Assembly: GCA_947494695.1 (NCBI GenBank)
Contig: CANLWB010000018.1
Span: 5,265 to 69,264, forward strand
Reading direction: 5' to 3'
Source: an uncultured Flavobacteriaceae bacterium
GTDB lineage: Bacteria > Bacteroidota > Bacteroidia > Flavobacteriales > Flavobacteriaceae
DNA length: 64,000 nt
Below the pieces are notes generated by a model. It searched no databases. It was not told the origin of the DNA and saw only the letters and a list, made by a program, of their open reading frames with translations. Within the stretch, counting starts at the first letter, position 1; every line of letters starts with the position of its first letter. Shown piece after piece: positions 9,548 to 19,710 of this stretch. The position numbers were made by a program, and so were the translations under genes.

Positions 9548-10693
9548 TCAATTTGTACTGGTCTGTGCCGTGGAATTAGTGTCAATATCGTCGGAAGAGC
9601 TGTCAGTATTCTTTTTTGAATTGGGTAATGGGCTTTTAAATCGATTTGTGTCGAGTTGGTAAGTCACTATATAATTGCCTATAAGACCAATGAATTTATC
9701 CTCGAGTACCCGAAACGATCGTAGTTTGTCTTTTTTAATACCGTAAATATAAAAGCTAAATTCATACGTGTTTTTCTTGAGGTTGTATACATCAATAATA
9801 GAAGCCCGTTCCCATATGTGAACAGGTTCGTTTTTTCCTATCAGTTGAGAGTTTACAAAAAGATGGTCACCATAGGTTGCCGTTGCTTTATTTACAATAA
9901 GAGGAGGCGCAGCCATTTTTAGCTCATTTTTGGATGCTATGGTTCCTACTTCTATTTGAGCATGGCTTATGGTGTCTATGGTTTTTCCAAGATGGCTTAA
10001 TTGAAGATTAGTATCGGCAACAATAAATTGGTTGCGATAATAGTAGGTATAGACCATTTTCTGTAATTGGTGATTATATTGTAGGGTGCCGTCGGTATCA
10101 AAAATACCGTCGACTTGTTTTGTCAACAGGTCGTGGGAGAGGTCTATCTTACCTGATCCAGAAAGGCTTATTTTACCTAGAATATTTTCTCGGGTTTCAC
10201 CACTAACACCTCTAATAGCCAAATTCACAGAATCTATGGGTTCAACCATCGAAAAATAGGAGGGTTTATTCATTACAGAATGTGCTTTCCAATCACCTAT
10301 TTTACCTCTAAAAATATAAGGCATAGTACCGTCCATAAGAAAGAAGTAAGGCGGGATAACCCGGAGCTTCATGGATTTATAAGGGAGGCTGTCTTGATCT
10401 AAAGCTAAACGAATGGTTTCCTGGTTTTGAAGTGCCGTATCTAAAGTAATCATATGAAAAGGAGCGACATTATTTCCTAAATAGATTTTTCCCTGGTCGG
10501 CTCCGGCAATATAATAAGAATTGTAAGCTAGATCTAACTCTTTAGCTTTAATGGCAGGGTGACCGGCAAATCGACGTGTAAAACCATTGTCTTTGTGAAC
10601 TTTATGTTCAGAAAGAGCAAACAATAAAAACATGAGGCCAATACCACTTACCAGGCAGATAAAAAGGGAAATATATGTTTTCTTGCGTATCAT
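9548..10693 (-). CDS. N-terminally membrane-anchored hypothetical protein (beta-rich, family not recognised)
   Basis: 381 aa with one N-terminal TM (YISLFICLVSGIGLMFLLFAL) and a low-complexity Ser/Asp/Thr tail. Its start overlaps the stop of the upstream MauE/DoxX gene by 4 nt. Confidence 0.6.
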   Translation of the reverse strand: MIRKKTYISLFICLVSGIGLMFLLFALSEHKVHKDNGFTRRFAGHPAIKAKELDLAYNSYYIAGADQGKIYLGNNVAPFHMITLDTALQNQETIRLALDQDSLPYKSMKLRVIPPYFFLMDGTMPYIFRGKIGDWKAHSVMNKPSYFSMVEPIDSVNLAIRGVSGETRENILGKISLSGSGKIDLSHDLLTKQVDGIFDTDGTLQYNHQLQKMVYTYYYRNQFIVADTNLQLSHLGKTIDTISHAQIEVGTIASKNELKMAAPPLIVNKATATYGDHLFVNSQLIGKNEPVHIWERASIIDVYNLKKNTYEFSFYIYGIKKDKLRSFRVLEDKFIGLIGNYIVTYQLDTNRFKSPLPNSKKNTDSSSDDIDTNSTAQTSTN

Positions 10694-11145
10694 ATGGCTG
10701 TATGTTTTAAAGTGTCATCGTTTTTTTTCGGACTTAAGATCAGAACCCCAATAAAGGCAAGAACAACAAAAATGACATTAAATATTAAATGCTCGGTCCA
10801 ACTCAATTTTTCTAAAACCCCTCCACAGGAACAGGGAACAAAATCACTAAAATTCAAAATGATAAAAATATAAGAAGTAAACATAACCATGAGGGTAAAA
10901 GCAGCATATAATGCCGATAATCTAAATTGAGTAATAACCAACATTAATGAAATTAGAATCTCAATAGCAGGTACAATCCAGACCACCCAATTGGTATAAG
11001 CCGTAAGAACGGGAGACTGTCCTACTTGAATTTTAAATTCGTCAAAAACTAAAAACTTACTTACAGCTGCATATACAAACAAGAGTATAAACAACAAACA
11101 AATAAGCTCTAAGACAATATTTTTATACTTTAGGTAGGGTTTCAT
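10690..11145 (-). CDS. MauE/DoxX family redox-associated membrane protein
   Basis: 151 aa with four predicted TM helices and a PCSCGG motif after helix 3, typical of MauE-like proteins. Confidence 0.65.
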   Translation of the reverse strand: MKPYLKYKNIVLELICLLFILLFVYAAVSKFLVFDEFKIQVGQSPVLTAYTNWVVWIVPAIEILISLMLVITQFRLSALYAAFTLMVMFTSYIFIILNFSDFVPCSCGGVLEKLSWTEHLIFNVIFVVLAFIGVLILSPKKNDDTLKHTAI

Positions 11146-11473
11146 AACATTTATAATGAAGATAACTTATTGACGATATAAAATTCGAGTATAAAGTTTG
11201 TTTTCGATGATGTAACAACTCATAGAATTACAAATGGACTTTCCTATTCTTTCTTTTAAAAGAAAACTAAATACCATGACATAGAGGTGTTAATATAATC
11301 TCGAAACTTATGTAAGTGTTCATAATACTTTCTAATACCACATTTTTTAGTGTTATGTCGAAAGCTTTTTTTATTGAAAACATATTGATTTTCAATACGA
11401 TGCCAATATATCAAAACATATAAGTTTTATTGTTTGAGAACCATTTTAATATTAGAAGCTGTGTATACCTTAT

Positions 11474-11512
11474 ACAAAACAAACAAAAGAGGTCGCTTTT
11501 ACAACAACCTCT
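11474..11512 (-). terminator. intrinsic terminator downstream of the small 4-Cys protein gene
   Basis: On the minus strand this reads AGAGGT-N13-ACCTCT followed by TTTTGTTTGTTTTG. Confidence 0.5.
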
Positions 11513-11527
11513 ATGATTATTTATGGA

Positions 11528-11812
11528 TTATAACTGTTGTCTGTATTCGTCCACGCACAGAATCCCCGAACGTCTTGTGAATATAGTATAATCTGTTCCA
11601 AAAAAATCCATAGTACAATTTGGACCCCAGTTAAGCTTATCGCAACCATAAGGTAAACTTACCACTACGATATCACAATATTCAGGGGGTAATCGTTGAA
11701 TATAGATGTCATCTGATATATCATTTGTTGCAGGTTTAAAAGCAAAAGAAGCTACAATGGCTAGTGCAAAAACAAAGGAAGATAAAACTGTTTTTAATGA
11801 TTGACGTTTCAT
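11528..11812 (-). CDS. small secreted cysteine-containing protein (Sec signal peptide, 4 Cys in the mature part)
   Basis: 94 aa with signal peptide MKRQSLKTVLSSFVFALAIVASFA. The mature region has Cys in EYCD, YGCD, PNCT and ILCV. The gene has its own terminator. Confidence 0.6.
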   Translation of the reverse strand: MKRQSLKTVLSSFVFALAIVASFAFKPATNDISDDIYIQRLPPEYCDIVVVSLPYGCDKLNWGPNCTMDFFGTDYTIFTRRSGILCVDEYRQQL

Positions 11813-12756
11813 AATATAAATATTTAAAAATTAAAAATTAGTGACCTACTCGTTTTTACAGGTTTTCGGTCTTACTCCTGACTGTACAGTATATCGTTGT
11901 TTAGAACGTATTATTTGTTAGTCCAGTTCAGAGGCAGTTTTTGAAGCGCAAAATGATTTTTAAAACAATTTCTGTTTATATTGAGGCTAATAAATCTTGT
12001 TAAATTTATCTTGAGTACTGGAAGTATTTTGACTCTTCTTAGACTTCCCTACAAAAGTTAAATAACTTGAATTTTATAACATCAATGGAGATTACGGTTT
12101 TGATATCAGAATACAATCTGATCCGGTTAGCTTGTTTATTTAAATATGTTCACCCCAAAAATCCATATTAGTTTACGCAAAACTAGAAGAAAAAACTTAC
12201 CTTAAAAGGATCAAAACTTGTCTGAGAGGGATTAAGTGTTTGAAAAAACGGGTTTTGATGACAAAGTTACCAAAAAGCTCATATATTTTATCATTAAGTG
12301 CGGTAGATTTAGGTTTAACTTTCAGGTTTTTAGTGATTTATGTGTTGTGTGGTTGAGGGGGGAGAAATTCGAGTTTTAGACTCTAATAGCCCTTTTGTTT
12401 TAGTCAAAAGTTTGAAAATCAAATTCAAACGGATGGTTCTGGATTTAAAAAGATGTATTGGCACGGGATAGAAATGTCTATTCCAAGAGGAGATACATCG
12501 TTCTCTTTTCCACCAATATATACATCGTTTAACATGATGTTTATAAAGGTATTACACCATTTTAACTTTATTTCGGAGCTAAATACTCTTTTCCATATAC
12601 CTATAAGTACGATGACTGGACGCATGTAAAACTAGTAGTTTTAAACCTGAAAAAAGGAAAAAATACACTTTTAATGGCCGTATCAGAAGATTTTGGAGGC
12701 TGGTTAATTCCCGGACGATTTAAAGATAAAACCGGGCTCAAGATTGACTAAATATG

Positions 12757-13230
12757 TTACCTGTGATGATAGGGCTCATTTCTTAAAATGGTAAAGCCTC
12801 TATAGAGTTGTTCAATTATAAATATACGTACCATCTGATGGGAAAATGTCATTTTAGATAAGGATATTTTCCCATGGGCCTTACTATAAACATCCTGAGA
12901 AAACCCATATGGGCCGCCAATAACGAGCACCAACTGTTTAATTCCCGAATTCATATGTTTCTGTAAATAACCAGAGAAACCAACAGAATCCATTTGTTTA
13001 CCGTTTTCATCTAATAAAACCAAAATATCGGTCGGACTAAGTTTTCCCAAAATGAGTTCACCCTCCTTCTGCTTTTGCTGAGCTTCGCTTAAGTGTTTTA
13101 CCTTTTTAAGGTCCGGAATGATTTCCATCGAAAATTTAATGTAGAAGCCGAGACGTTTCGTATAATCATCTATGAGAGACTGAATATTTTTATTATCAGT
13201 TTTACCAATAGTAAGAAGTTTTATAGTCAT
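12757..13230 (-). CDS. rlmH: 23S rRNA (pseudouridine1915-N3)-methyltransferase
   Basis: 157 aa, SPOUT family. The pattern LVIGGPYGFSQDVYSKA ... LSKMTFSHQMVRIFIIEQLYRGFTI is characteristic of RlmH. Confidence 0.9.
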   Translation of the reverse strand: MTIKLLTIGKTDNKNIQSLIDDYTKRLGFYIKFSMEIIPDLKKVKHLSEAQQKQKEGELILGKLSPTDILVLLDENGKQMDSVGFSGYLQKHMNSGIKQLVLVIGGPYGFSQDVYSKAHGKISLSKMTFSHQMVRIFIIEQLYRGFTILRNEPYHHR

Positions 13231-13330
13231 AATGGCAAAATTACTACTTCGTACTTAAGAAAAGTATATTCTAGTTGGAAAAAAATAAAAATTTCGCAAA
13301 TGTAAAATTTAATTTAGTGAATCAATTTAT

Positions 13331-13338
13331 TATTTTTG
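13331..13338 (+). promoter_or_regulatory. candidate Bacteroidota -7 box (TATTTTTG) for nadC
   Basis: Matches TAnnTTTG 20 nt upstream of the nadC ATG. No clear -33 TTTG was seen. Confidence 0.3.
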
Positions 13339-13357
13339 TTGCAAACTGACTACATTT

Positions 13358-14218
13358 ATGATAACACAAGAACAATTCGATAGCGAGGTAAAGGCTATAA
13401 TAGCAAACGCCATACGCGAAGATGTTGGAGATGGAGACCATAGCTCATTAGCATGCATTCCTGAAAATGCCAAAGGTAAGGCAAAAATTATGGTTAAAGA
13501 TAAAGGCGTTATTGGAGGTGTTAACTTTGCGAAGAAGGTATTTGCCTATGTGGATAAAAACCTGAAATTAGATGTTAGAATTGATGATGGAGCCCAGGTA
13601 AAATACGGTGATATTGTCATGTACATTGAAGGACCATCACAATCCATTTTAAAAGCAGAACGAACCGTATTGAACGCCATGCAGCGTATGAGTGCCATTG
13701 CAACAAAAACACGGATGTTTGTGAATCTTTTAAAAGGAACGAATACCCGAATTCTTGATACCAGAAAAACAACTCCCGGAATACGAGTTTTAGAAAAGTG
13801 GGCCGTTGTCCTTGGAGGGGGAGAAAATCATCGTTTTGCATTATACGATATGATTATGCTTAAAGATAATCACATCGATTTTGCCGGAGGTATTACAAAG
13901 GCTATCGAAATGACTAAAATCTATCTTAGAGAGACCGGAAAAGATTTAAAGATTATGGTAGAAGCCAGAAATTTAATGGAGGTTGAAGAAATCTTAAAGA
14001 GTGAAGGCGTTTATAGAATTTTACTTGATAATTTTGATTATGAAGATACCAGAAAGGCCGTAACACTAATTGGAGATAAATGTCTTATTGAATCTTCTGG
14101 AAATATAAATGAAACAACCATAAGACATTATGCCGAGTGTGGTGTGAATTATATTTCCTGTGGAGCCATAACGCATTCTGTTCATAACATGGATTTAAGT
14201 CTAAAAGCTATTAAATAG
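13358..14218 (+). CDS. nadC: nicotinate-nucleotide diphosphorylase (carboxylating)
   Basis: 286 aa with conserved blocks ERTVLN, LDTRKTTPG and MLKDNH typical of quinolinate phosphoribosyltransferase. Confidence 0.92.
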   Translation: MITQEQFDSEVKAIIANAIREDVGDGDHSSLACIPENAKGKAKIMVKDKGVIGGVNFAKKVFAYVDKNLKLDVRIDDGAQVKYGDIVMYIEGPSQSILKAERTVLNAMQRMSAIATKTRMFVNLLKGTNTRILDTRKTTPGIRVLEKWAVVLGGGENHRFALYDMIMLKDNHIDFAGGITKAIEMTKIYLRETGKDLKIMVEARNLMEVEEILKSEGVYRILLDNFDYEDTRKAVTLIGDKCLIESSGNINETTIRHYAECGVNYISCGAITHSVHNMDLSLKAIK

Positions 14219-14281
14219 TTTTAAGATTTTATTAAATTAGTTGAGGTTTTTGTAATAAACTTAGACTTGTAAATTGTATTA

Positions 14282-15220
14282 ATGACTAAACCCATAGAAG
14301 ACAAACTAGAAAAGATACCTGTAATAAATGTCTTCATACGAGTGTTTAAGAAATTAAAATTACCAGGTCTCGAAGGGCTGTCATTCTACGATTTATTAGA
14401 ACTTTATATTACAGGTATTGTAAGAGGAGCCTTAACAACCCGTGCCAGCGCCATTGCATTTAGCTTTTTTATGGCATTGTTCCCGTTTTTATTATTTGTC
14501 TTAATCATTATTCCATACATTCCAATAGATGATTTTAAAGTTGAATTTTTAACGTTCTTAGAGTCTTTTTTACCACCTAATACCTCCGATTTTTTCTTTG
14601 AAAATATATTTGAAAATATAGATCAAAATCAACGAGGTGGCCTATTATCCTCAGTTTTTGTACTGTCAATAATGTTAATGGCGAATGGAGTGAATGCGGT
14701 GTTTTCGGGTTTCGAGAATTCATATCATCAGCAGTTAACCCGCAATTTTTTTAAACAGTACCTATACGCTTTAGGAATTGCATTAATTTTGGCAATTTTA
14801 CTTATTCTTACTATAGCCGTGTTGGGGTATTTTCAAATCTATGTAGTGCAGGAATTATTTGAGGTTATTGAGAGTCGAGGATACGAACTAAAAAGCCAAG
14901 TGTTGTGGACAGATTTTGCGAAATATGCTTTCTTTATTCTCATGGTATATTTGGCCACGGCAACATTGTATTACTTCGGAACCATGGAAGGGAGGCATTC
15001 TAAGTTCTTTTCAATTGGAGCTTTATTCACAACCTTACTCATTATGGTGTCATCGTACTTGTTTGGTGTTTATATTGAGAACTTCGGACAGTACAATAAA
15101 CTTTATGGTTCTATTGGAGCACTATTAATACTACTTTTTTATCTGTGGCTTAATGCCAATATATTGTTGTTAGGGCATGAATTAAATACCTCTTTAAATA
15201 AACTACGTAAACGATGCTAA
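14282..15220 (+). CDS. YihY/virulence factor BrkB family membrane protein
   Basis: 312 aa, polytopic membrane protein. The N-terminal block (TRASAIAFSFFMALFPFLLF) and the C-terminal LYGSIGALLILLFYLWL block are typical of the family. Confidence 0.8.
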   Translation: MTKPIEDKLEKIPVINVFIRVFKKLKLPGLEGLSFYDLLELYITGIVRGALTTRASAIAFSFFMALFPFLLFVLIIIPYIPIDDFKVEFLTFLESFLPPNTSDFFFENIFENIDQNQRGGLLSSVFVLSIMLMANGVNAVFSGFENSYHQQLTRNFFKQYLYALGIALILAILLILTIAVLGYFQIYVVQELFEVIESRGYELKSQVLWTDFAKYAFFILMVYLATATLYYFGTMEGRHSKFFSIGALFTTLLIMVSSYLFGVYIENFGQYNKLYGSIGALLILLFYLWLNANILLLGHELNTSLNKLRKRC

Positions 15221-15642
15221 TGTTAAAAAGAGTCACACTATTATGTTGTTGTTTTGTTTGTTTCAATGCGTTTTCTCAAGGTATCTTCGGAACATGGAAA
15301 ACGATTGACGACGAAACGAATGAGGCTAAATCTATAGTCGAGATTTATGAAGAAAACGGAAAAACATTTGGTAAAATAGTAGAGATATTAAATCCAGAAA
15401 AGAAGGATGCCTTATGCACGAAGTGTGAAGGCTCCGATAAAGACAAACCTGTTTTAGGATTTGTTCTCATTAAGAATATGAGTCCTGATGGGAAATATTA
15501 TAAAGGAGGGACCATATTTGATCCCGAAAAAGGAAAAAAATATGATTGTCGGTTAATGCTAACCGATAACCCGGATGTATTGCAAGTAAGAGGGTATATT
15601 GCATTTTTTTATGCCACTCAATATTGGCAACGTGTTAACTAA
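15214..15642 (+). CDS. DUF2147 domain-containing secreted protein
   Basis: 142 aa with a signal peptide. The G-WKTIDDETNE...G-I-DP--GK-Y-C pattern matches DUF2147. Confidence 0.75.
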   Translation: MLMLKRVTLLCCCFVCFNAFSQGIFGTWKTIDDETNEAKSIVEIYEENGKTFGKIVEILNPEKKDALCTKCEGSDKDKPVLGFVLIKNMSPDGKYYKGGTIFDPEKGKKYDCRLMLTDNPDVLQVRGYIAFFYATQYWQRVN

Positions 15643-15663
15643 TAACCAAACCAGCTATTTTCT

Positions 15664-18117
15664 TTGAGTTTCTTTATCGATGTTATAATTCCGGTTCCAC
15701 TTAAAAAGCTATTTACTTATAGTATTACGGCTTCAGAATCCGATTTTTTAAACCCCGGAATGCGTGTTGCTGTACCTTTTGGAAAATCAAAGATTTACAC
15801 AGGAATTGTATTTAGAGTTCATAACCAACCACCAGTGGCTTACGAAGCCAAAAGTATTCAGCAGATTTTAGATGATGCTCCAGTTGTAAACGAAAAACAA
15901 TTGCAACTATGGAAGTGGATCGCGAATTACTACATGTGTACTATGGGAGATGTTATGAGAGCTGCCTTACCAAATGCGCTTATTCTAGAAAGTGAAACCG
16001 TTATTTTAAGAAATACTGTGAAGGTCGTTGATGATACGTCATTAAAGGATGATGAATTTCTGGTTTATGAGGCGCTGCATCATCAATCTTCATTAAAAGT
16101 TCATGATATTTCTAACATTCTTGATAAAAAGAATGTATTGCCGGTTATCAAGAGATTAATAGAAAAGGAGGTCATTCATGTAGAAGAGGAAATTTACGAA
16201 AAGTATAAACCAAGATTGGTGCGTTATGTAAAACTACATACCAATTTTACTACTGAAGGAGCGCTTCAAGAATTGTTGGAAGCACTAAGTCGAGCACCCA
16301 AACAACGGCAGGTATTAATGACGTTGTTTTCTATTTCTGCAACAACAAAAAAACCAGTAAAAGTTTCAGATTTATCAAAAGAAAGTGATGCTTCAACCGC
16401 TATAATTAAGTCTCTAATAGAAAAAGAGATTCTGGAAGAATACCACATTCAAACAGACCGGGTTCAATATTCGGGAGACGATAATGAAGCCACTAAGCTA
16501 CTTAATGAATACCAGGAAGTTGCACTTACAGAAATAAAAGAATCTTTCAATAAACATGTTGTGACGCTGCTTCATGGCGTTACGTCCTCAGGTAAGACCG
16601 AGGTTTATGTAAAATTAATTGAAGATGCCTTAAATAGGGGAGAGCAAGTCCTGTATTTGCTTCCGGAAATAGCCTTAACTGCACAGTTAATAACGCGATT
16701 GCAAAATTATTTCGGAGAACAGGTCGCGGTTTTTCACTCAAAGTATTCTTCGCATGAGCGCGTTGAGGTTTGGAATCATGTGTTAAACGATACAGCAAAA
16801 GGAAAAGTAATTTTAGGAGCACGATCTTGTATCTTTTTACCTTTTAAAAATTTAGGACTTATTATTGTAGATGAAGAGCATGAACAATCCTTTAAACAAT
16901 TTGACCCCGCACCACGTTATCATGCGCGGGATACCTCTGTTGTACTTGCTAATATCCATAAGGCAAAAGTACTTATGGGCTCAGCGACTCCGAGTTTAGA
17001 AAGTTATTTTAATGCAACGCAGAACAAATATGGTTTTGTTGAAATTACCAAGCGTTATAATAATGTCTTAATGCCAGATATTGAATTAATTGACATTAAG
17101 GATAAGTTTAAAAGAAAGCTAATGAAAGGGCATTTTAGTGATAGACTTATCGAAGAAATGACCGAAACGTTGCAAGAAGGCCATCAAATTATACTGTTTC
17201 AAAACCGACGCGGCTTTTCACCTATAGTAGAGTGTAATACTTGCGGTCATGCACCACAATGTCCCAATTGCGATGTGAGTTTAACATATCATCAATATAG
17301 AAACCAGTTGCGCTGTCATTATTGTGGCTATCAATCGGCTATGGCAACCGAATGCATGGCTTGTGGGAGCTCAGAATTAGATACCAAAGGTTTTGGTACC
17401 GAACAAATTGAAACCGAGGTAAAATTACTATTTCCCGACTATAAAGTAGCGCGAATGGATCTGGATACGACACGAGGAAAATATGGTTACGAAAAGATTA
17501 TTACTGCATTAGAACAACAGGAAATAGATATTTTAGTCGGTACTCAGATGCTTACCAAAGGGTTAGATTTTAGAAATGTGAAATTAGTGGGAATTATGAA
17601 TGCAGACAACATGCTTAATTTCCCCGATTTTAGAGCACACGAACGCAGTTTTCAGCTCATGTTGCAGGTTTCGGGTAGAGCAGGGCGTACCGATAAAAGA
17701 GGTAAGGTGTTAATACAAACCTATAACCCCTATCATAATATTTTACAGCAGGTGTCTACTCATGATTATATGGGAATGTTTAACGAGCAGATGAACGATC
17801 GTTATAACTTTAAGTATCCGCCAGTCTATAAACAGATAAAGATCACTCTAAAGCATAAAGATTATAATAAAGTAGATGCAGCCTCCATTTGGTTGGCCAA
17901 ATCCTTAAGGCAGGTTTTTAAAGAGCATGTTTTGGGGCCTGAGTTTCCTCCAATTTCCAGGATAAGAAATCAGTTTCACAAAAATATTTTAGTAAAGATT
18001 CCAAAGAAACAGTCTTTAGCAAAAACAAAAGAAGCTATTATTAAAGTAAATAACAGCTTCTCCAGTATAAAAGATTTTCGGTCGGTTAAAATAATTTTAA
18101 ATGTCGATAACTTTTAG
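15664..18117 (+). CDS. priA: primosomal protein N' (replication restart helicase)
   Basis: 817 aa with a TTG start. It has Walker A (GVTSSGKT), DEEH and a Cys-rich zinc-binding insertion (CNTCGHAPQCPNCDVSLTYH...CHYCGY). Confidence 0.92.
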   Translation: MSFFIDVIIPVPLKKLFTYSITASESDFLNPGMRVAVPFGKSKIYTGIVFRVHNQPPVAYEAKSIQQILDDAPVVNEKQLQLWKWIANYYMCTMGDVMRAALPNALILESETVILRNTVKVVDDTSLKDDEFLVYEALHHQSSLKVHDISNILDKKNVLPVIKRLIEKEVIHVEEEIYEKYKPRLVRYVKLHTNFTTEGALQELLEALSRAPKQRQVLMTLFSISATTKKPVKVSDLSKESDASTAIIKSLIEKEILEEYHIQTDRVQYSGDDNEATKLLNEYQEVALTEIKESFNKHVVTLLHGVTSSGKTEVYVKLIEDALNRGEQVLYLLPEIALTAQLITRLQNYFGEQVAVFHSKYSSHERVEVWNHVLNDTAKGKVILGARSCIFLPFKNLGLIIVDEEHEQSFKQFDPAPRYHARDTSVVLANIHKAKVLMGSATPSLESYFNATQNKYGFVEITKRYNNVLMPDIELIDIKDKFKRKLMKGHFSDRLIEEMTETLQEGHQIILFQNRRGFSPIVECNTCGHAPQCPNCDVSLTYHQYRNQLRCHYCGYQSAMATECMACGSSELDTKGFGTEQIETEVKLLFPDYKVARMDLDTTRGKYGYEKIITALEQQEIDILVGTQMLTKGLDFRNVKLVGIMNADNMLNFPDFRAHERSFQLMLQVSGRAGRTDKRGKVLIQTYNPYHNILQQVSTHDYMGMFNEQMNDRYNFKYPPVYKQIKITLKHKDYNKVDAASIWLAKSLRQVFKEHVLGPEFPPISRIRNQFHKNILVKIPKKQSLAKTKEAIIKVNNSFSSIKDFRSVKIILNVDNF

Positions 18118-18163
18118 TTTAAATTTAGCTAATGTTGGTTAATTTTGGCTAGTTAGTTGGTTT

Positions 18164-18859
18164 TTAAATATTGTTTAACGCGTCAACTAATTGCGTCTTT
18201 TTGTTTCTACTTAAAGGAATCTCGTAAGCGCCAACTTCAACATTTTTACTATTAAACCTGTCAATCTTATCGAGATTTACAATATAAGACTTGTGAATTC
18301 TTAAAAACTTACCTTCTGGTAGTTCAGCTTCAAAAGACTTCATTGTAGATAATACCACTAAGCTGGTTTCTTCTGTAACAAGTTTTACATAATCACCAAG
18401 AGCTTCAATCCATTTAATGTCCTTAATATAAACTTTACGTTTTTTAAGGTTACTCTTTACAAAAATATGTTCCCCTTCTTCTTCGTTAAAGTCTAAAGTC
18501 AATCTATGTTGCTCTAAAGCTTTGTCAACAGAAGTATTGAAACGTTCTCTTGTAATTGGCTTATGCAGGTAATCGGTTGCATCGTAATTAAATGCTTTAA
18601 AAGCATATTCCGTTTTACCCGTTACAAAAATAATTTGTGGTTTATTATTTAATACGTCCAAAAGTTCAAACCCATTTAACACTGGCATTTCAATGTCTAA
18701 AAAGATTAAGTCCACTTGATGGGTATTTAAACCATTTTTCGTTTCTAAGGCACTACTATACTCTGCTATTAAGTTAAGCGATGGATGATTCTCTACTAAC
18801 TTAACTATCGAGAGACGCTGTATTGCCGAATCGTCTACTACTACACAATTTAATGTCAT
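18164..18859 (-). CDS. LytR/AlgR (LytTR) family response regulator, no adjacent kinase
   Basis: 231 aa with a receiver domain (DLIFLDIEMP) and a C-terminal LytTR DNA-binding domain (FLRIHKSYIVNLDKI). Confidence 0.85.
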   Translation of the reverse strand: MTLNCVVVDDSAIQRLSIVKLVENHPSLNLIAEYSSALETKNGLNTHQVDLIFLDIEMPVLNGFELLDVLNNKPQIIFVTGKTEYAFKAFNYDATDYLHKPITRERFNTSVDKALEQHRLTLDFNEEEGEHIFVKSNLKKRKVYIKDIKWIEALGDYVKLVTEETSLVVLSTMKSFEAELPEGKFLRIHKSYIVNLDKIDRFNSKNVEVGAYEIPLSRNKKTQLVDALNNI

Positions 18860-19005
18860 AACATTTTATATTATTTCGGTTAAGATATCGACAATAGTAC
18901 AAAAAATTCGGCTAAAAACCAAAAATCATCGTTAAACCGCTTGTTTTAACAAAATTTTAACATTTATTTTTTGTGAATATAATGCGTAAATAATAGTTGT
19001 TTTAT

Positions 19006-19036
19006 ATGTATATATTGACTATTTTTGCAGCCAATT
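19006..19036 (+). promoter_or_regulatory. candidate Bacteroidota promoter for rpsF-rpsR-rplI
   Basis: TATTTTTG (TAnnTTTG -7 box) lies at 19029-19036, with TTG at 19006-19008 about 20 nt upstream. The site is 24 nt before the rpsF ATG. Confidence 0.35.
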
Positions 19037-19059
19037 TTTAACAATAAAAATAGATTTTT

Positions 19060-19398
19060 ATGAATCATTATGAAACTGTTTTCATCTTAAATCCCGTTTT
19101 ATCTGAAGATCAGATAAAGGAAACAGTAAAGAAATACGAAGATTTTCTTGTTTCTAACGGAGCTAAGATGGTAGCTAAAGAAGATTGGGGCCTTAAAAAA
19201 TTGGCATACCCAATACAAAACAAGAAAAGTGGTTTCTATCACTTGTTTGAGTACACTGTACCAGGAGAAGCAATTACTGCTTTAGAATTGGAGTTTAGAA
19301 GAGACGAGCGTTTTATGCGTTACTTAACTGTAAAACTAGATAAACACGCTGTGTCTTGGGCTGAAAGAAGAAGAGAAAAACTTAAACAAAAAGCTTAA
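19060..19398 (+). CDS. rpsF: 30S ribosomal protein S6
   Basis: 112 aa. [16 protein letters not shown] is a canonical S6 N-terminus, and the gene heads the conserved rpsF-rpsR-rplI order. Confidence 0.95.
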   Translation: MNHYETVFILNPVLSEDQIKETVKKYEDFLVSNGAKMVAKEDWGLKKLAYPIQNKKSGFYHLFEYTVPGEAITALELEFRRDERFMRYLTVKLDKHAVSWAERRREKLKQKA

Positions 19399-19400
19399 TT

Positions 19401-19697
19401 ATGTCATCGATAGAACAACAATCAAAAGGAAAAAAAGACGGAGAAATTAGATATTTAACGCCGTTAAATATTGAGACAAACAAACAAAAGAAGTACTGTC
19501 GTTTTAAAAAGTCTGGGATTAAATATATAGATTATAAAGACCCGGATTTCTTATTAAAGTTTGTTAATGAGCAAGGTAAAATTTTACCAAGACGTTTAAC
19601 AGGAACATCGTTAAAATACCAAAGAAAAGTATCTGTAGCTGTTAAGAGAGCACGCCATTTGGCATTAATGCCTTACGTAGCAGATTTATTAAAATAA
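19401..19697 (+). CDS. rpsR: 30S ribosomal protein S18
   Basis: 98 aa with the YIDYKD ... LTGT--K-QR block. Confidence 0.95.
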   Translation: MSSIEQQSKGKKDGEIRYLTPLNIETNKQKKYCRFKKSGIKYIDYKDPDFLLKFVNEQGKILPRRLTGTSLKYQRKVSVAVKRARHLALMPYVADLLK

Positions 19698-19710
19698 AAT
19701 ACCAATAACA

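Noticed and set aside
12425-12625. 66-aa minus-strand ORF in the ORF-poor region.
   Set aside because: It has no RBS or promoter context that I could see and no motif, and its composition is indistinguishable from the surrounding non-coding sequence.
13093-13305. 70-aa plus-strand ORF overlapping the rlmH 5' end. Likewise 13617..13841 in nadC, 14916..15128 in the yihY-like gene, 16266..16448 and 16580..16822 in priA, 19806..19994 and 20028..20294 around rplI, and 46378..46623 opposite the GyrI-like gene.
   Set aside because: They overlap confidently assigned genes in other frames or strands and have no independent support.
18860-19059. Possible structured rpsF leader (S6:S18 autoregulatory RNA).
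   Set aside because: If the TATTTTTG box at 19029 is the promoter, the 5' UTR is only about 20-25 nt, too short for the known leader structure. No convincing fold was seen.
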